From assembly GCF_006345805.1 (NCBI RefSeq), contig NC_042998.1:84816001-84880000 (forward strand): DNA of 64,000 bases. The letters are read 5' to 3'. A model generated the notes under the pieces. The model was not told where the DNA came from, ran no database searches, and saw only the letters and a program-made list of their open reading frames with translations. Of the stretch, positions 39,190 to 52,471 are shown piece by piece. Position 1 is the first letter of the stretch; every line of letters begins with the position of its first letter. This stretch comes from Octopus sinensis (taxonomy: Eukaryota). The translations under genes and the position numbers were made by a program.

Positions 39190-39515
39190 ATATATATAAA
39201 TTAGAAAAAAAAAACACCTTTTATCAATTGAATAATGAAACATTAAATTATACCATTTAGAAAAATTACATCGTATAGAAAGATTAAATATAAGATAAAA
39301 CATATAACTATAATTAAGTAAAGTGCAAAATAATAAATAAAACGTATATATTTGGTAGAATAACGACACGTTATTCTACCAAATATATACTTTATTTAAT
39401 TATTGTTATATGTTTTATTTAATCTTTCTATAAGATGTAATTTTTCTAAATGGTATAATTTAATTTTTCATTATTGAATTGATAAAAGGTGGTTTTTTTC
39501 CTAACTTATATATAT
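39190..39515. repeat. AT-rich palindrome of about 320 bp with a 3-nt loop
   Basis: Perfect 22-bp inner arms 39344-39365 / 39369-39390 around ACA. Outer arms CACCTTTTATCAATT..AGAAAGATTAAAT pair with ATTTAATCTTTCT..AATTGATAAAAGGTG. Confidence 0.85.
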
Positions 39516-39624
39516 TTATATATGCATATTTATTCATCATGCCCAAGCATGTTTATTTCTTTATTTGCATCATTCTCTCTCTCTCACCTATGCCAGCATG
39601 GAAAACGGATGTTAAATTATGATG

Positions 39625-39800
39625 ATGTGTTAAAGATTTGCACTGGGTACAATGTATGGAGTTTCTACAAATACCCTTCTTACATAATGAGTACGGCCAT
39701 CTACCTGAAGGGATTTGTGATTTGATTGTTTTCCTACTTACTAGGACTTTGGATTTTAGTAAATTAACTCTAAGGTCCTTAGATTCCAGGTCTTGCTTCC
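39625..39800 (-). mobile_element. RTE-clade LINE fragment (post-RT Cys-rich region)
   Basis: WKQDLESKDLRVNLLKSKVLVSRK..SGRWPYSLCKKGICRNSIHCTQCK. Confidence 0.75.
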
Positions 39801-41027
39801 ACAAGCAGTGGGATGGCTGCTGCAGCAAGTGTCGCTGGCCATTCCCTGTGGCAATACCATTGTGGTCATAACTGTAGGGCATGGTTGAGTATGCCATTTG
39901 TTCTGGGGTGTATGTCTTCCCTCCAGCTTCTGCTGCTTAATCCACCCCTTTTTCCTTTGTTTCCTTATAAATTGATTCAGTCTTTATGTAAATAAAACCA
40001 GTTTCTACTTTAAACATTAAATTTCTTTTTTTAAATTTGGAAATAAATTGTAAACTGTTCTTGTAATGTTTCTTTCATCTGATGATTTGATGACTTGTGG
40101 TAATTAAAATAAGTGATTTATTATTAACTCTGTAAAGTGGTCGGCATAAAGAGCAGAAACCATACAATATAGAGGATGCTTTAATCTGGGTGAGGATATT
40201 ATAGCATCTCTAGTTTTGATATCATGATTAAATGCAGCTAATGTACTCTGTAAAGTGGCTGGTGTTAGGAAAGACATCCAACTAAAGAAATCATATGAGA
40301 AATGGAACATACAAGTGAGACAAGGTCCTCTAGTCTATGTAGGATAGCAGTAATTTTGAATTAGTATTGACTTCGACAATAAAAGCTCATCCAAACCATC
40401 TAACTCATGCCAGCATAGAAAGAAGATGTAAAATGACAATTTCAATGAATGATGTGTGTGATAGTGGTCACAACTCAATACTAGAGGTAGACTGTATAAT
40501 TTATTTACTTAGCTGGAAACTTCACATTGAATGATTGAGACCAAAATTTTATGACCCGTGAAATTCAGGTCTCAGCTATACTCTGATTCCAGTTGTCTGA
40601 ATCATATATGTATGCACTAGTGTAGCTAGGGTGTGTGCTGCCTGGGGTGGACTGCCCCCTCCAGCTATACTAGTGTATGTATGTATATTTATAACATATA
40701 TTATCATCATCATCATCAATGCTTTTGTGCCATCTTTTCCATCTTGCTTGTGTTGCATGAAACTTTTTGAAGGTCAGATGCAGTTCCTAATACCAACCCC
40801 TTTTATCTCCTATACATATGTGTGAGTGGATATGTATGCATGTTTATGTGTGGCTGTGTATATATGTGAATGTATGTATGTGTGTTTAATGTGTGTGTAT
40901 GTTTGACTTTATATGTATATATATGAATATGTATGTGTGCGCACGCACGCACACTACATAAGATACAGAACCATGTCAGTAGTTTATGTTTAATATTTTT
41001 AGTTCATATTTATTTTATTTCTTTCAG

Positions 41028-41059
41028 ATGATGAAGGCATTCACGTTGATTCTACCTGA
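41028..41059 (+). CDS. Ptp10D: Ptp10D-like RPTP terminal coding exon, (D)DEGIHVDST*
   Basis: Strong acceptor ttattttatttctttcag|. Phase 1 fits the donor at 17993 (G|AT). DDEGI matches my recollection of the Drosophila Ptp10D C-terminus DDEGIAESGM. The seven exons total 891 nt with no internal stop. Confidence 0.8.
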
Positions 41060-42150
41060 CCTGGTGAAGGCAATCGTGTAGTTTCTACTTGACCTGGCAT
41101 ATGATTTGGTGCAAATGCAGGCAGGGAAGATCTGCTTTTTTTAAAATTGTGTATGAAAAGATAAACTATATTTTTCTACTTGAACTGTGTATGAAACAAG
41201 AAAGAAAAGAAAAACAAAAACCTTGAAATGTATGCATTCATCTCCCTCGTTTTTTCTTTCAATTGTCTTCCTCTTTCGATCTCATTTTTTTTTCTATATA
41301 TTTCTCCACAATCTCTTGTGTAAATATTTTCTTTATATGTAGAATGGGCACTATATTCATAGATTTAGCTACTAAAGATATGTAGAGATCAACTGTTGAA
41401 GTTTATTGAATACTTATTTTATTTTAGTATTTGTAGTACCAGTGCTGTTATACATGGTGATTTATTTGTATGAAAATGATGCACTTATGAATGTAAGAAA
41501 TTGTATCCTTTTTGAAGGATGTTTTGTTGAGAGCAAAAGTAATTTGTCCAAACATAAAATCATAGTAAGTTTCCACTAAATTGCAATATATTTTATTGGA
41601 TTTAATACTACTGATCTAAATCTGAAATGGCTGAAATGTAAGTCATGTCATCATCACTAAAGATGTTTGCTCTCTTTCTTCGTATATATGTGCATATGTG
41701 AATGTGCATGTGTATGGAGGTAGCTGTGTTTTACATTCCACTTTACTCTACATTTGAGAAAGAGAGGGAAAACAGAACACAAAGAATTTTGTGATAACAA
41801 TAATACATTTTTTACCCTTTCTGTTTTATATTACCCTTTCTCTCTAAATAGAGACACACATACATCTTGCATACACACAAGCATATACTGTTTATGTGCA
41901 TCTCCTCCTATCATTTAAAACTATTATATTCTATCAGTAACTTCGAAACTTCATAACAAAAAACCAAAAAAAAACGGAAAAGTACTTCATTTATAAATTT
42001 CATGAAAGAAATTTAAAAAAAAATATATTTTAGTTAATGGAATTAAATTTTTATTTTTTTATAGTAGATTTATTATCGTTGTCAATTATCATTATTATTT
42101 TTTCTTTTTACATGAATGTCAAACCTAAACAAATAATGAAATAAAATTTA
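41060..42150 (+). other. Probable 3' UTR of the phosphatase, candidate polyA signal AATAAA at 42140-42145
   Basis: AU-rich sequence poor in interspersed repeats directly after the stop codon. The end point is a guess; another AATAAA lies at 47127-47132. Confidence 0.45.
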
Positions 42151-42459
42151 AGCTGACAACTTATGAATGTAGTGGGTCTACACTTTGGTGAAGACTACAA
42201 GCTTGAACAAGATTTACCTTGTAATTGTCACACAATTATCTTACGTTTTGACATACATGATTTGTATGATTGGATTGTCCATCTTATGAATATTACTTCA
42301 AAAGTAAACTTTATGCTCTGTACATATTCAAAGGATTTATTGAGAAATTTTCAAATTAACTATCACTATATACATGCATCCGTGTGTGTCTATATATATA
42401 TATATAAATCCTTAAAAATGTTTTAGCTTGAAGGGTGCGGCCATGGTGGGGCACCACCG

Positions 42460-42473
42460 CTATATATATATAT

Positions 42474-42523
<50 letters not shown>

Positions 42524-42823
42524 TTGAACCTATGACTCATAAGGCCAGTTGTCTGGTTTCCATGCTGTATGAGTGACCAAGGTCACAACATTCTCCTGAT
42601 TGGAATACAAGTCAGCTGTAGGGATGTATACACACAGACACATCTATCTATCTATCTATCTATCTGCATGCATATATATATATAGATATATATATCTGTG
42701 TATATATATGTATGTGTGTATATATGTATGTGTGTATATATGCATGTGTGTATGTATACATATATATATATATATATATACACATACATATATATATATA
42801 TACATACATATATATATGTATAC

Positions 42824-42854
<31 letters not shown>

Positions 42855-43056
42855 AATATATATATATATACACACATATATATATATATGTATACACACA
42901 TATATATATATATGTATACACACATATATATATATATATATGTATACACACATATATATATATGTATACCACATATATATATATGTATACACACATATAT
43001 ATATATATGTATACACACATATATATATATGTATACACACATATATATATATGTAT

Positions 43057-43096
<40 letters not shown>

Positions 43097-43250
43097 ACAC
43101 ACATTATATATATATATATGTATACACACATATATATATATATGTATACACATATATATATATGTATACACACATATATATATTATATGTATACACACAT
43201 ATATATATATGTATACACACATATATATATATATATATGTATACACACAT

Positions 43251-43322
<72 letters not shown>

Positions 43323-43360
43323 ATATATATATATATAATATATATATATATACACACATA

Positions 43361-43392
<32 letters not shown>

Positions 43393-43430
43393 ATATATAT
43401 GTATACACATACATATATACACACAATGAT
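42460..43430. repeat. Compound (TA)n / TGTATACACACA micro-minisatellite, about 1 kb
   Basis: Repeating TATATATATGTATACACACA-like units. It explains the Y/I/H/T-rich ORFs in all frames. Confidence 0.95.
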
Positions 43431-43598
43431 AAGAAAATGTTTGAGGCTTTGTGAATCCTCTGTGATATGTGAAAAAATAGTTTACTGAAAAACTTTCAGA
43501 TCAGGAAATGAAATTTTTACAATGATAAGATAAAAATTAGTTTACAATGATGATGATGAGATATATCTGCAAATCAAGTATAAAACGTGTCTGATATG

Positions 43599-43651
<53 letters not shown>

Positions 43652-44889
43652 GTACATATATATAAATGTGTAAGTGTGTATGTATGTAGAAATGATTTTG
43701 TTGTAAATAATTTGCTTTTAATTATAACCTGCAAGTAATTTTTCATTCATCCTGAGCTGAAATACACTACCTGGTGTTCTGCTATTCAAGTATTCTCAGG
43801 AGCTTTTTTTGACGAAAGAAAGAAAAGAAAAAAACATTTTATAGAAATCAGCATGAACATTTATAGTGCTTAAATCACAATAAGATTTAATTTTATATTC
43901 TTTTACTTAATCTATTATATTTTGTGATTGAATTTTTTCGTATCTGTTTGAGTAGAGCAAGGTTGCCAACCAGAGTCCATATTACCCTGAAAGATCCATA
44001 TAAGATATTGCTGTTAAGTACAATTCACACACAAAATATTTTAACCATTTTTAATAAGATACAATTCCTTATAATTAATTATACAATGGGTTTTTTTTAA
44101 CATTGAATGGCTAGAGGGGTCCAGTAGAATAAAATATGAATCAAAGAGGTCCATAGGAAAAAATGGTTGAGTGTCACTGAAGTAAAGGAATTGTATAGAA
44201 ATTTAACCAGCTTTTTGTATGTTTCTCCCTGGTTTAGTTTCATTAAAACAGGATAAATTGCATTGCTTTTAGATTAGACATTACAAACTGCTTTTTTAAT
44301 TGTAGCTAGTATTTTACTTCATATATTTTTACTTTTGACAGCAAAACAGAAACATAATTCACTGTTTTACTAATACATTTTTTTTTTTTTTTGGACAACA
44401 TGATATCCAACTTTGTAATTGCTTAAACCATTACAACTAATTATTTTGATATAGACTTTTTTTAATATTTTAATATTTAATATTTGTATAGATTCCAAAT
44501 AAACTTTTTAACTATTTATTCCTCATTTCAGTTACATAAAATAAATCAATTATCAATATGTATAATATCAAGTATTAAACTGTAACGTATGTTAAATTTA
44601 TTCAGTTATAATATATAGTTATAATAGTTCATTCATTCGTTTTTTACTTCCATTTTTCAATGCTAGCACGGATTAGACAACTGTAATATTGAGGGACTGA
44701 TTTACAGTCAGTTACTCTTCCTGTCATGGTTATCTATTTTTCATGTCAAGAGTCTCTTATTTCACACATTTTTCGAGATACAAAACCAACAGATTTGTTG
44801 ACAGGAGAATTGATATCACTGCTTGTTGCTCATGATATTTAGAAAAGCACACATGTAAACACAGATACACACAAATACATACATACATA

Positions 44890-45115
44890 CAGAACTATCA
44901 AGAAATCTGCAGTTACTCTATCCAGATTACAAGTTCAGGTCTATACCTGTAATTATCGGGGCCCTGGGATGCATAACACTCTGCCTAAATACCAATCTTG
45001 AAAAATTAGGCTTCTCAAAACCAGAAAGGAGAAAGCTAATTTGAAGACTACAGATCCAATCCATCATTGAAACTGTAAAAATCTGTAAAACTTTCCAGAA
45101 GGTTATCATTTAAAT
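44890..45115 (+). mobile_element. 3' fragment of an RLE-type non-LTR retrotransposon
   Basis: ELSRNLQLLYPDYKFRSIPVIIGALG..LEKLGF..RLQIQSIIETVKICKTF. Confidence 0.6.
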
Positions 45116-47423
45116 ATATCTGAGCATGCCTAGATATGCAACTATATGCATGAGAACATAAAGCAAAGCATACAAATCTGCACTAATACATACATAAATA
45201 CATACAAACAAAAAGTACCCTGTTGTTGATGTTGAAATTCCAATAAAGGAGCCTTGGATCTAGGTTAGAAACCGGGTCTTTCTTTATTGGCAAGAAATCT
45301 TGAAATAAAACTGAACAATGACTGACATACATACATACATATGTATGATGGGCTTCTTTCAGTTTCTGTCTACCAAATTCATTGGTAAGACTTTGGTTGA
45401 CCCAGGACTGGAGTAGAAGACACTGACCCAAGGTGTTGCACATTTGAACTGAATCCAAAAAACCATACAGTTGCACTTATATAGGAGGACTACTAACCAG
45501 TTATAATAGATATTTCACTTCTTTGCAACTTAGAATGCAGTAATTAAGTAGTTCTTCTAAATTGCTTTTTCTATATTTTCCTTATATTCAATCAATATAC
45601 TCTTCTCTCTTCTATCACCCATCTACTATAACAGTTAGATGTAACTCTAACAATGGGAAGCTGTGAATTTGAGGATGTTAACTACCACAAAACATAAATA
45701 ATCTCCAAGATAAATTGGATCACTCTCTCACTTCCAGATTTAGAACATACAATTCACTATATACATTAAGACCAACATTCCATACAAGGACAATTTTTTC
45801 TTGAAACCAGAAATTTCTGACCTCATATAACTACAAACTCTACAGCCCAAGTACATTCTCCTATTCAAGGATGTATATCTTTTTAAACTTTGATATCAGT
45901 GATTATCTATTGAACAGATAATTTTTTTTTTGAGAGGAAAGGTTTTCTATCATTGTTTGTGTCCTCGGTCACTTATACACACACACATATATACAGTTGA
46001 AATTTATAGAAAAGCAAAAGACGAAGACAGGTGTATGAACAACAAGCAAGTGTATTAGTTTGATGCTCCAGAAAATGAAAGTCTTTTATGTTTTGTGTGT
46101 ATATACACACAAATACATACATATAAATATATTTACACAAACACACTCATGTATGTATATATCTGTTGGCAACTACAGAGTTAAATCTATTTCCTGCTTT
46201 TACGCAAATAGCTTGATCAGCATAGATCCTCACCAGACATAAAAGAAATAGTGGATAGGCGACAGACAGATCAAGTCATTAGTGACAGGTCTACATATGG
46301 TGAAAGATTTGCCTGTGACTGCAGAAATCTGTTTTGTTTATTAGCAAATATTTCTGCTTATGATGGCAGGTGAACATTAACCTTGATCTGCTTCTTTGTG
46401 TCAGTGTTGAAGAGGTACAATAAGAGCAATTTATTCACTATAATTAAAAATCTTTTCTCTCCTCTATTCCTACTGTTATGTCTGGGATCTTATACCACAT
46501 TCTGATGTCTTTGGTATGTTTACATATCTAGTTTTCTCTAGACTCTCACACACATGCATATGTATTATGTCCAGCTCATGCTAGCATAAAAGAAATTGTA
46601 TAAGGATATAATATGCATGCATGTAATGAAAGCTATCACTCCTAGGTTCACTTAATTTGTAGAACCTTTTTTCTTCCATCGTATACTCCAGAAATTTCAC
46701 TGATATTGTTCTCCCATCCTACTGATGTGAGTCAAGAATTCATACCTTATTTTGAACACAATGATTAAATAATACACACACACACAAGTGTGTGTGTGTA
46801 AAAATTACAGTAAGTCTCTCATGGCTTGCTTCCTGTTGACTTGTTTACATTTATATTTTCTTTCCAATAATTAAAAATTCTTTTTAATATTTTCCAACTG
46901 TAGAAATCAAAGATATATATTTTCTTACTGTTACATTCCATGTTATATACCCATGTTATTTATCCCTGTTATTTTGTTACTGTTGTTTCTCATGTTTTAC
47001 TTTGTTTTCCCCCCTCCTTCTCATGCACCCACGTTACATTATTGATATGTAAAAACGATTGACTTGTTAAATGGATCAGTGAAAATTTAATCTGTATCAT
47101 GATCATATATTTTTTCAATGTTTATAAATAAACTTTTTTTAAAAAATCAGTGTAAAAGAAATTGGTTTATTTTTCTTATTTCAGATAATTTTTCAAACAG
47201 TTTTCAACATTTAAGTTTTACTTTCAGAGTTGACTGAGGATTGATCTCTCAACCCATAACCAAATAACTTTTTATATTGAAGAAAACATTTTATTTTGTA
47301 TTTATTTTTCTTCAGGATCATACTAACTACATTACAATTTTTCTCTTAAGAAATTGTTTATATCAATTTTTTCACTGCTGCATGACATTAAATATCTGTT
47401 TGAAATATATTGTGGTACTAGAT

Positions 47424-47812
47424 GGAGGGAAGCACTCCGTCGGTTACGACGATGAGGGTTCCGGTTGATCCGAATCAACGGAACAGCCCGCTCGTGAAAT
47501 TAACGTGTAAGTGGCTGAGCACTCCACAGATACGTGTACCCTTAACGTAGTTCTCGGGGATATTCAGCGGGACACAGAGAGTGACAAGGCCGACCCTTTG
47601 AAATACAGGTACAACAGAAACAGGAAGTAAGAGTGAGAGAAAGTTGTGGTGAAAGGGTACAGCAGGGATCACCACCATCCCCTGCCGGAGCCTCGTGGAA
47701 CTTTAGGTGTTTTCGCTCAATAAACACTCACAACGCCCGGTCTGGGAATCGAAACCACGATCCTATGACCGCGAGTCCGCTGCCCTAACCACTGGGCCAT
47801 TGCGCCTCCACG
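47424..47812 (-). mobile_element. Young full-length tRNA-derived SINE with a 12-bp TSD
   Basis: TSD GTGGTACTAGAT at 47412-23 and 47813-24. A box TGGCCCAGTGG and B box GGTTTCGATTCCC on the minus strand; CpG-rich. Confidence 0.9.
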
Positions 47813-49216
47813 GTGGTACTAGATATCTCTTACTGCAAGATAGATATCGTTAATTTACAGTGTTCTTTGTTCAAGTGAAACATTTTGCTGCTCCGTTGGT
47901 CAGCACTGCCCACTTGTCCACCCCTGAAAAAATACTTGGAAGTTGCTCAAAATACGTTTTCTTTTACGAAGGGGGAATAACTTCTTTCATTCGCTCCCTT
48001 AGATCGGCTAACACCTTTGAAGCATTTAACACGCATACACACGCATATGATGTTTATCGTGTATTTTAGTTCCCACGTTTACAAATACATCCTCTTTCGC
48101 CTCCCTCCGTCTCTAGTGTTTATGTCTTGATATAAATTCAAAACAACAGTATATTCGCTTGAACAAATCCCAGGGCATGGTGATTTGAGTTCCGATTTAA
48201 TACAACAGAATTAAAAATACATCCAGTTAAGTTGATGTTGACATATTTCATGCAGAGATCAAATGGTTAATTACAAAGAAGTAAAATAAATAAATAAACT
48301 ATTAGTCAATGACATTAGCATTTTGTTTTCGTTTTATTTATTTATTTTTTCATCCAGTTTGGGAGATAACTTCTGACATATTTGAGTCGTATGACCTGCA
48401 ACCAATGTACTATGTCCTACCTTTATGAAAGTTATATGTTGCTGATGAGGTTCTAGTAAGACAGAAACAAAACTAGAGTTGATTTCCATACATTATGAAA
48501 AACATCCAAATAATATTACTCAATGGCAGTTGTTTTTTTTTTCATTGCGTAATTATTGATAATTAACTTTTAAATATTCCCAGTATTAAATATATTGACA
48601 TTAAGCTAACCTGTTGTTTTCATGCAGAAAGTTGGCTTCTTTGAATGATCTTTATTTATTTCAGATTGGAAAAAAATTACACAGAAACTCTACTCTTTGA
48701 GTCACCCTACCATCCAATCCCTTGTGTTGAATGCAGATTCAGGTAGCACCACAGTCTACCTCAGCTGCCTTCAACGCATTTAGCTGTATTGAATACACTT
48801 ATATTGGTACACTGGATTTTGATTGTCAAAACCAAACACTCTGCTCTTTGTCATTCTACCTCCTAATCTCTTCATTGAATTCCAATGGGGATTTTATTAA
48901 ACACAGTCTCAACAGTAGTGTTACTACCCTGGCTGACTTCAACATATTTAACTGTAATAGAAATACTTGCATTGATATACAAGATTATGATCTCCAGATC
49001 GAGTGCTTTTTTATCCTAGATTTTCAATGACTCTTTGTTCCCTAAAGGAACACATTTCTCAACTCTGTTAATTACTAATCGATTAGGAGAGGATACAGAA
49101 TAGAAATCTAGCTTCTTAACACATTGTGCCAAGAGTTTCTCCATTTCTAGATTTGTTTCTTTTTTTTCCACGAATAAGAGGGTTACAAGAGACCCATTGG
49201 AAACCAGTGATGTTTA

Positions 49217-52200
49217 TGTGGGATGACATCAGCAGCTGGGGAGCTGACTGGAAGGGGAAGAGCGCGGCAGTGACGCGCACGCAGGCAGGGTACCATTGGG
49301 CCTTTTCGATCGGGGTAGCCAACAGTGCTGGACGTGTGAGCATTTTGACAAGGTGAGGGAAAGCAGCTGCTATTTTTAGCATTGGGGTCGGGCCACATGG
49401 AAGAGTGCATTACCACTGGAAAGGTCTGCGTTGATTAGGTAGGTGTCTTACTTCAAATCTCCCACATACACCAGAAGCTGTTTTGGCACTCCACATAAGA
49501 TGTCACCACAATGGCAGCTAAAATCAGGATCGCCAGCGACGTCATCAGGCCCTTTAATGGTGAGGGCGATGTAGTTGCCTGGATGTGTAAAATCAGGCTT
49601 GTGGTGAGATTGCAAGGCATTAGCAATGTGGCAAGCCTTATGGCACTATATTTGGAAGGGAGCGTGTTGAATCTATATCTTGAGATGGATGAAGAAGAAC
49701 GACTGAGCAAGGAGAAGATTGAGTGACATCTGAGAGAGGCTTACACAGAGTGACTATACAACCTTTGTTAAGCTGGGCACGATTAGATGGATGGGAGAGC
49801 AGGTGGATGAATACGTGGTGGAGGTACATAGGCTGGGTTTACGGGAGAAGTCCCGGACAGAGCAGTGTAACTGGCATTCATAAGTGGGTTTCCAAAAAGA
49901 TGGCGCTGAGTGCACTTGTGACTCAAGCCCATGTGTTGATGCAAAATGCTGGACAGAAGGTGATAGCGATGGCGGTAACGGAGGCACATAGAGATGGACG
50001 ACGGCTGGAGAAAGACACGAAGAAGCCTACCGTGCAATGACAGTGGCGGTTCTCAGGCGGGTGTTTAAATGTCGGGTTTCACATGGTGAGGGAGTGTATG
50101 CAACTGGGGCCCGTCTACTATCAATGCAGGCAGGCAGTGCACATCGCTTGTGATTGCGACCAGGGAAACACCCGTGGAGAAGTTGCTGCCTCTCGAACTT
50201 TCCCCGCAAACGAGTGGAGGTGTTTTTGGAGACACTGCCCTTAATTGATGTCAAAGCCAAGGGGAAGATGTTCAAGGCCCTCATGGATACAGGTTGCACA
50301 ACCACCCTCGTGACTTCAAGGGTGATGAAGAAATGGGATAGAGCAAGTAACATCCGGGCAGTCGACGGCAGCGAAATCCGATGCAAAGGCAGCAGCAATG
50401 TAGAGATAGTGGTGCAAGGCACGACGCTAAGGCTGCTGGAAATTGTGGTTGAACGCATAATATATGGGGTTGATGTGGTGATGGAGATGGATGCCATCAA
50501 CCGCCTTGGTGGTGTCAGTATTGTTGGAGATGAGGTCATGTTCAGAAGATGGGGGCATCATGTGCTGTGAGTCAGGATCGCCAGAGAAAGCAGAGCCCCG
50601 CGATGAACTGCACCGCTTACACCTTTGAGGACAAGGATTTTCGGGTGGTGTTTGATAGTCAGCGGTGGACGATAGAGTGGCAGTGGAAAGATTAGCCCCT
50701 GATGCTGAAGAACAGAGTGAGCTGCTACCAGTGTACTCTGAACGGTCGTGCCAGGGTCGAGTTTGAAGATGAGGTAGAGAAGTGGATTGATGAAGGAGTC
50801 CTTGTCTCATGGAAGGAGGAGGTAGTGGTTGGAGTGATACTTCTGATGGCAGTGGTGCAGCCAATGAAGGGAAAAGTCAGACCGGTGCTGGACTTTAGAG
50901 AGCTAAATGAGCATATATCGTGCCATACGGGAGGCGAGGCGACGGACGTTTGCTGCAAGACATTACGTGTGGAGACAGTCGACCAAGGCAGCAACGATTG
51001 TCGACTTGAAATCGGCATACATGCAGCTCCATGTGAGTGACAAACTGTGGCGATATCAGCTGGTGCAGTTCAAGGGCCAGACGTACTGTTTAACCAGGCT
51101 GGGTTTCCAACTGAATTCCGATCCGAAGATCATAGCGATGGTGCTTAAGTCCATCCTAGGGAAAGAGGACAAGATAAGAAAGACCAGCAGTTCCTACATA
51201 GATGACATTTTGGTGGACGAAACTGTAGTGCCAGCCAACGAGGTAGTGAGACATCTGGAGAAGTTCGGGCTGATTGCAAAGCTACCAGAGTCGATGGCGG
51301 AGGGAGCTGCACTGGGGCTGAAGCTGTGAAGAGATAGATCGGGTGAGTTGGTGTTCCAATGGAGGAAATGAAATCCCAGAGCTGAGTTCCAGCGTCAGCA
51401 GAGCATCTGGAAGTGGTTGGGAGCTATGACAGATGTCAGTCCATTGACCCGGCTGTGTGTGGGCATGAGCAAGGAAACCTTTCAGTGGAGCACAACTTGA
51501 AGAGACTAGCTGTGGATGTGACGCACTACCATCAGGGAATGTATCTCTCTATGGTCGACTGCGGGCCAGGCTGGCTGGCCATTTGGAGGGAGTTGAGGAT
51601 GGGCATTGCTGACGAGATTGCACAGATTTTGAACGGGATACTTTTAGAGAGGGGTCCCGTGGAAGAACTGTTAATAGACAACCAGTGGAAAGCGCATCGC
51701 TTGTTCAGAGCAGTGTATAGGCTGAGCAATAACAGACAGTCAAGGCCATAGCGGAAAGAGGGCACGTTTTGCCACTGGAAGCAGTTTTATGGTACAACAT
51801 GTCTCCCCAATCCGGACAAGCCGAAGAATCTGTGCCACACAGAGCACTATTTAAATATGAATGGAGGCATCTGAGTAAAGCACTGGAGCGTCATGAGGAA
51901 GAGAAGGGACCCACCTGTGTGAAAATAGGGGAGGAAGTCTGGGTTAAGCCACCGAAGGTGTGTTGTACATCTCAATGGAGCAGAGGAATGGTGACAGTGG
52001 TCAATTCCAGAAACATCTCCGTGGATAGAATGCCGCGACACGTCTTGGACCTTCGCAGGATTGTCGCTTCGTTGGATGACGATTGTGGAGAGGAGGAGAA
52101 CGAGGTGCCTAGCCTGAGAAGATCTCAACGTGCAAGACGCCCTCCTGTTAGATGGTGGACTTCGAAGTGGAGTAGAGGGAATGTGATCTTTAAGATCAGG

Positions 52201-52471
52201 GTGGCGTGTGGGATGATGTCAGCAGCTGGGGTGTTGACTGGAAGGGGAAGGGCATGGCAGTGACGCATGTACAGGCAGGGGACGATTGGGCGTTTTCGAT
52301 CGGGGTAGTCGACAGTACTGGACATGTGAGCGCTTCGACAAGGTGAGAGAAAGCAGCTGCTATTTTTAGCATTTGGGTCAGGCCACGTGGAAGGGTGCAT
52401 TACCACCGGAGAGGTCTGCGTCAATGAAGAGAAGGTAGGTGTCTTACTTCAAATCTCCCTCATACACCACA
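49217..52471 (+). mobile_element. Decayed Ty3/Gypsy LTR retrotransposon (3255 bp) with both LTRs
   Basis: LTRs 49217-~49475 and 52207-52471 (TG..CA at the outer ends); TSD GTTTA/GTCTA. Fragments of gag (ATG 49511), protease LMDTGC, RT (RPVLDFRELN, VDLKSAY, YIDDILV) and integrase (LAVDVTH..MVDCGPG). Many stops and frameshifts. Confidence 0.9.

Noticed and set aside
41048-41056. C-terminal DST as a PDZ-binding motif
   Set aside because: It lacks a hydrophobic terminal residue and S/T at position -2, so it does not fit the canonical classes.
42600-43429. Long overlapping ORFs (up to 253 aa) rich in Y/I/H/T/M/C/V
   Set aside because: They are translations of a TA/CA satellite that lacks stop codons; no domain is recognisable.
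48442-48468. CTGATGA-GGTTCTAGTAAGACA-GAAAC, hammerhead-like spacing
   Set aside because: Stem II has two mismatches including the essential first pair, and no stem I or III partner is present. At most a decayed relic.
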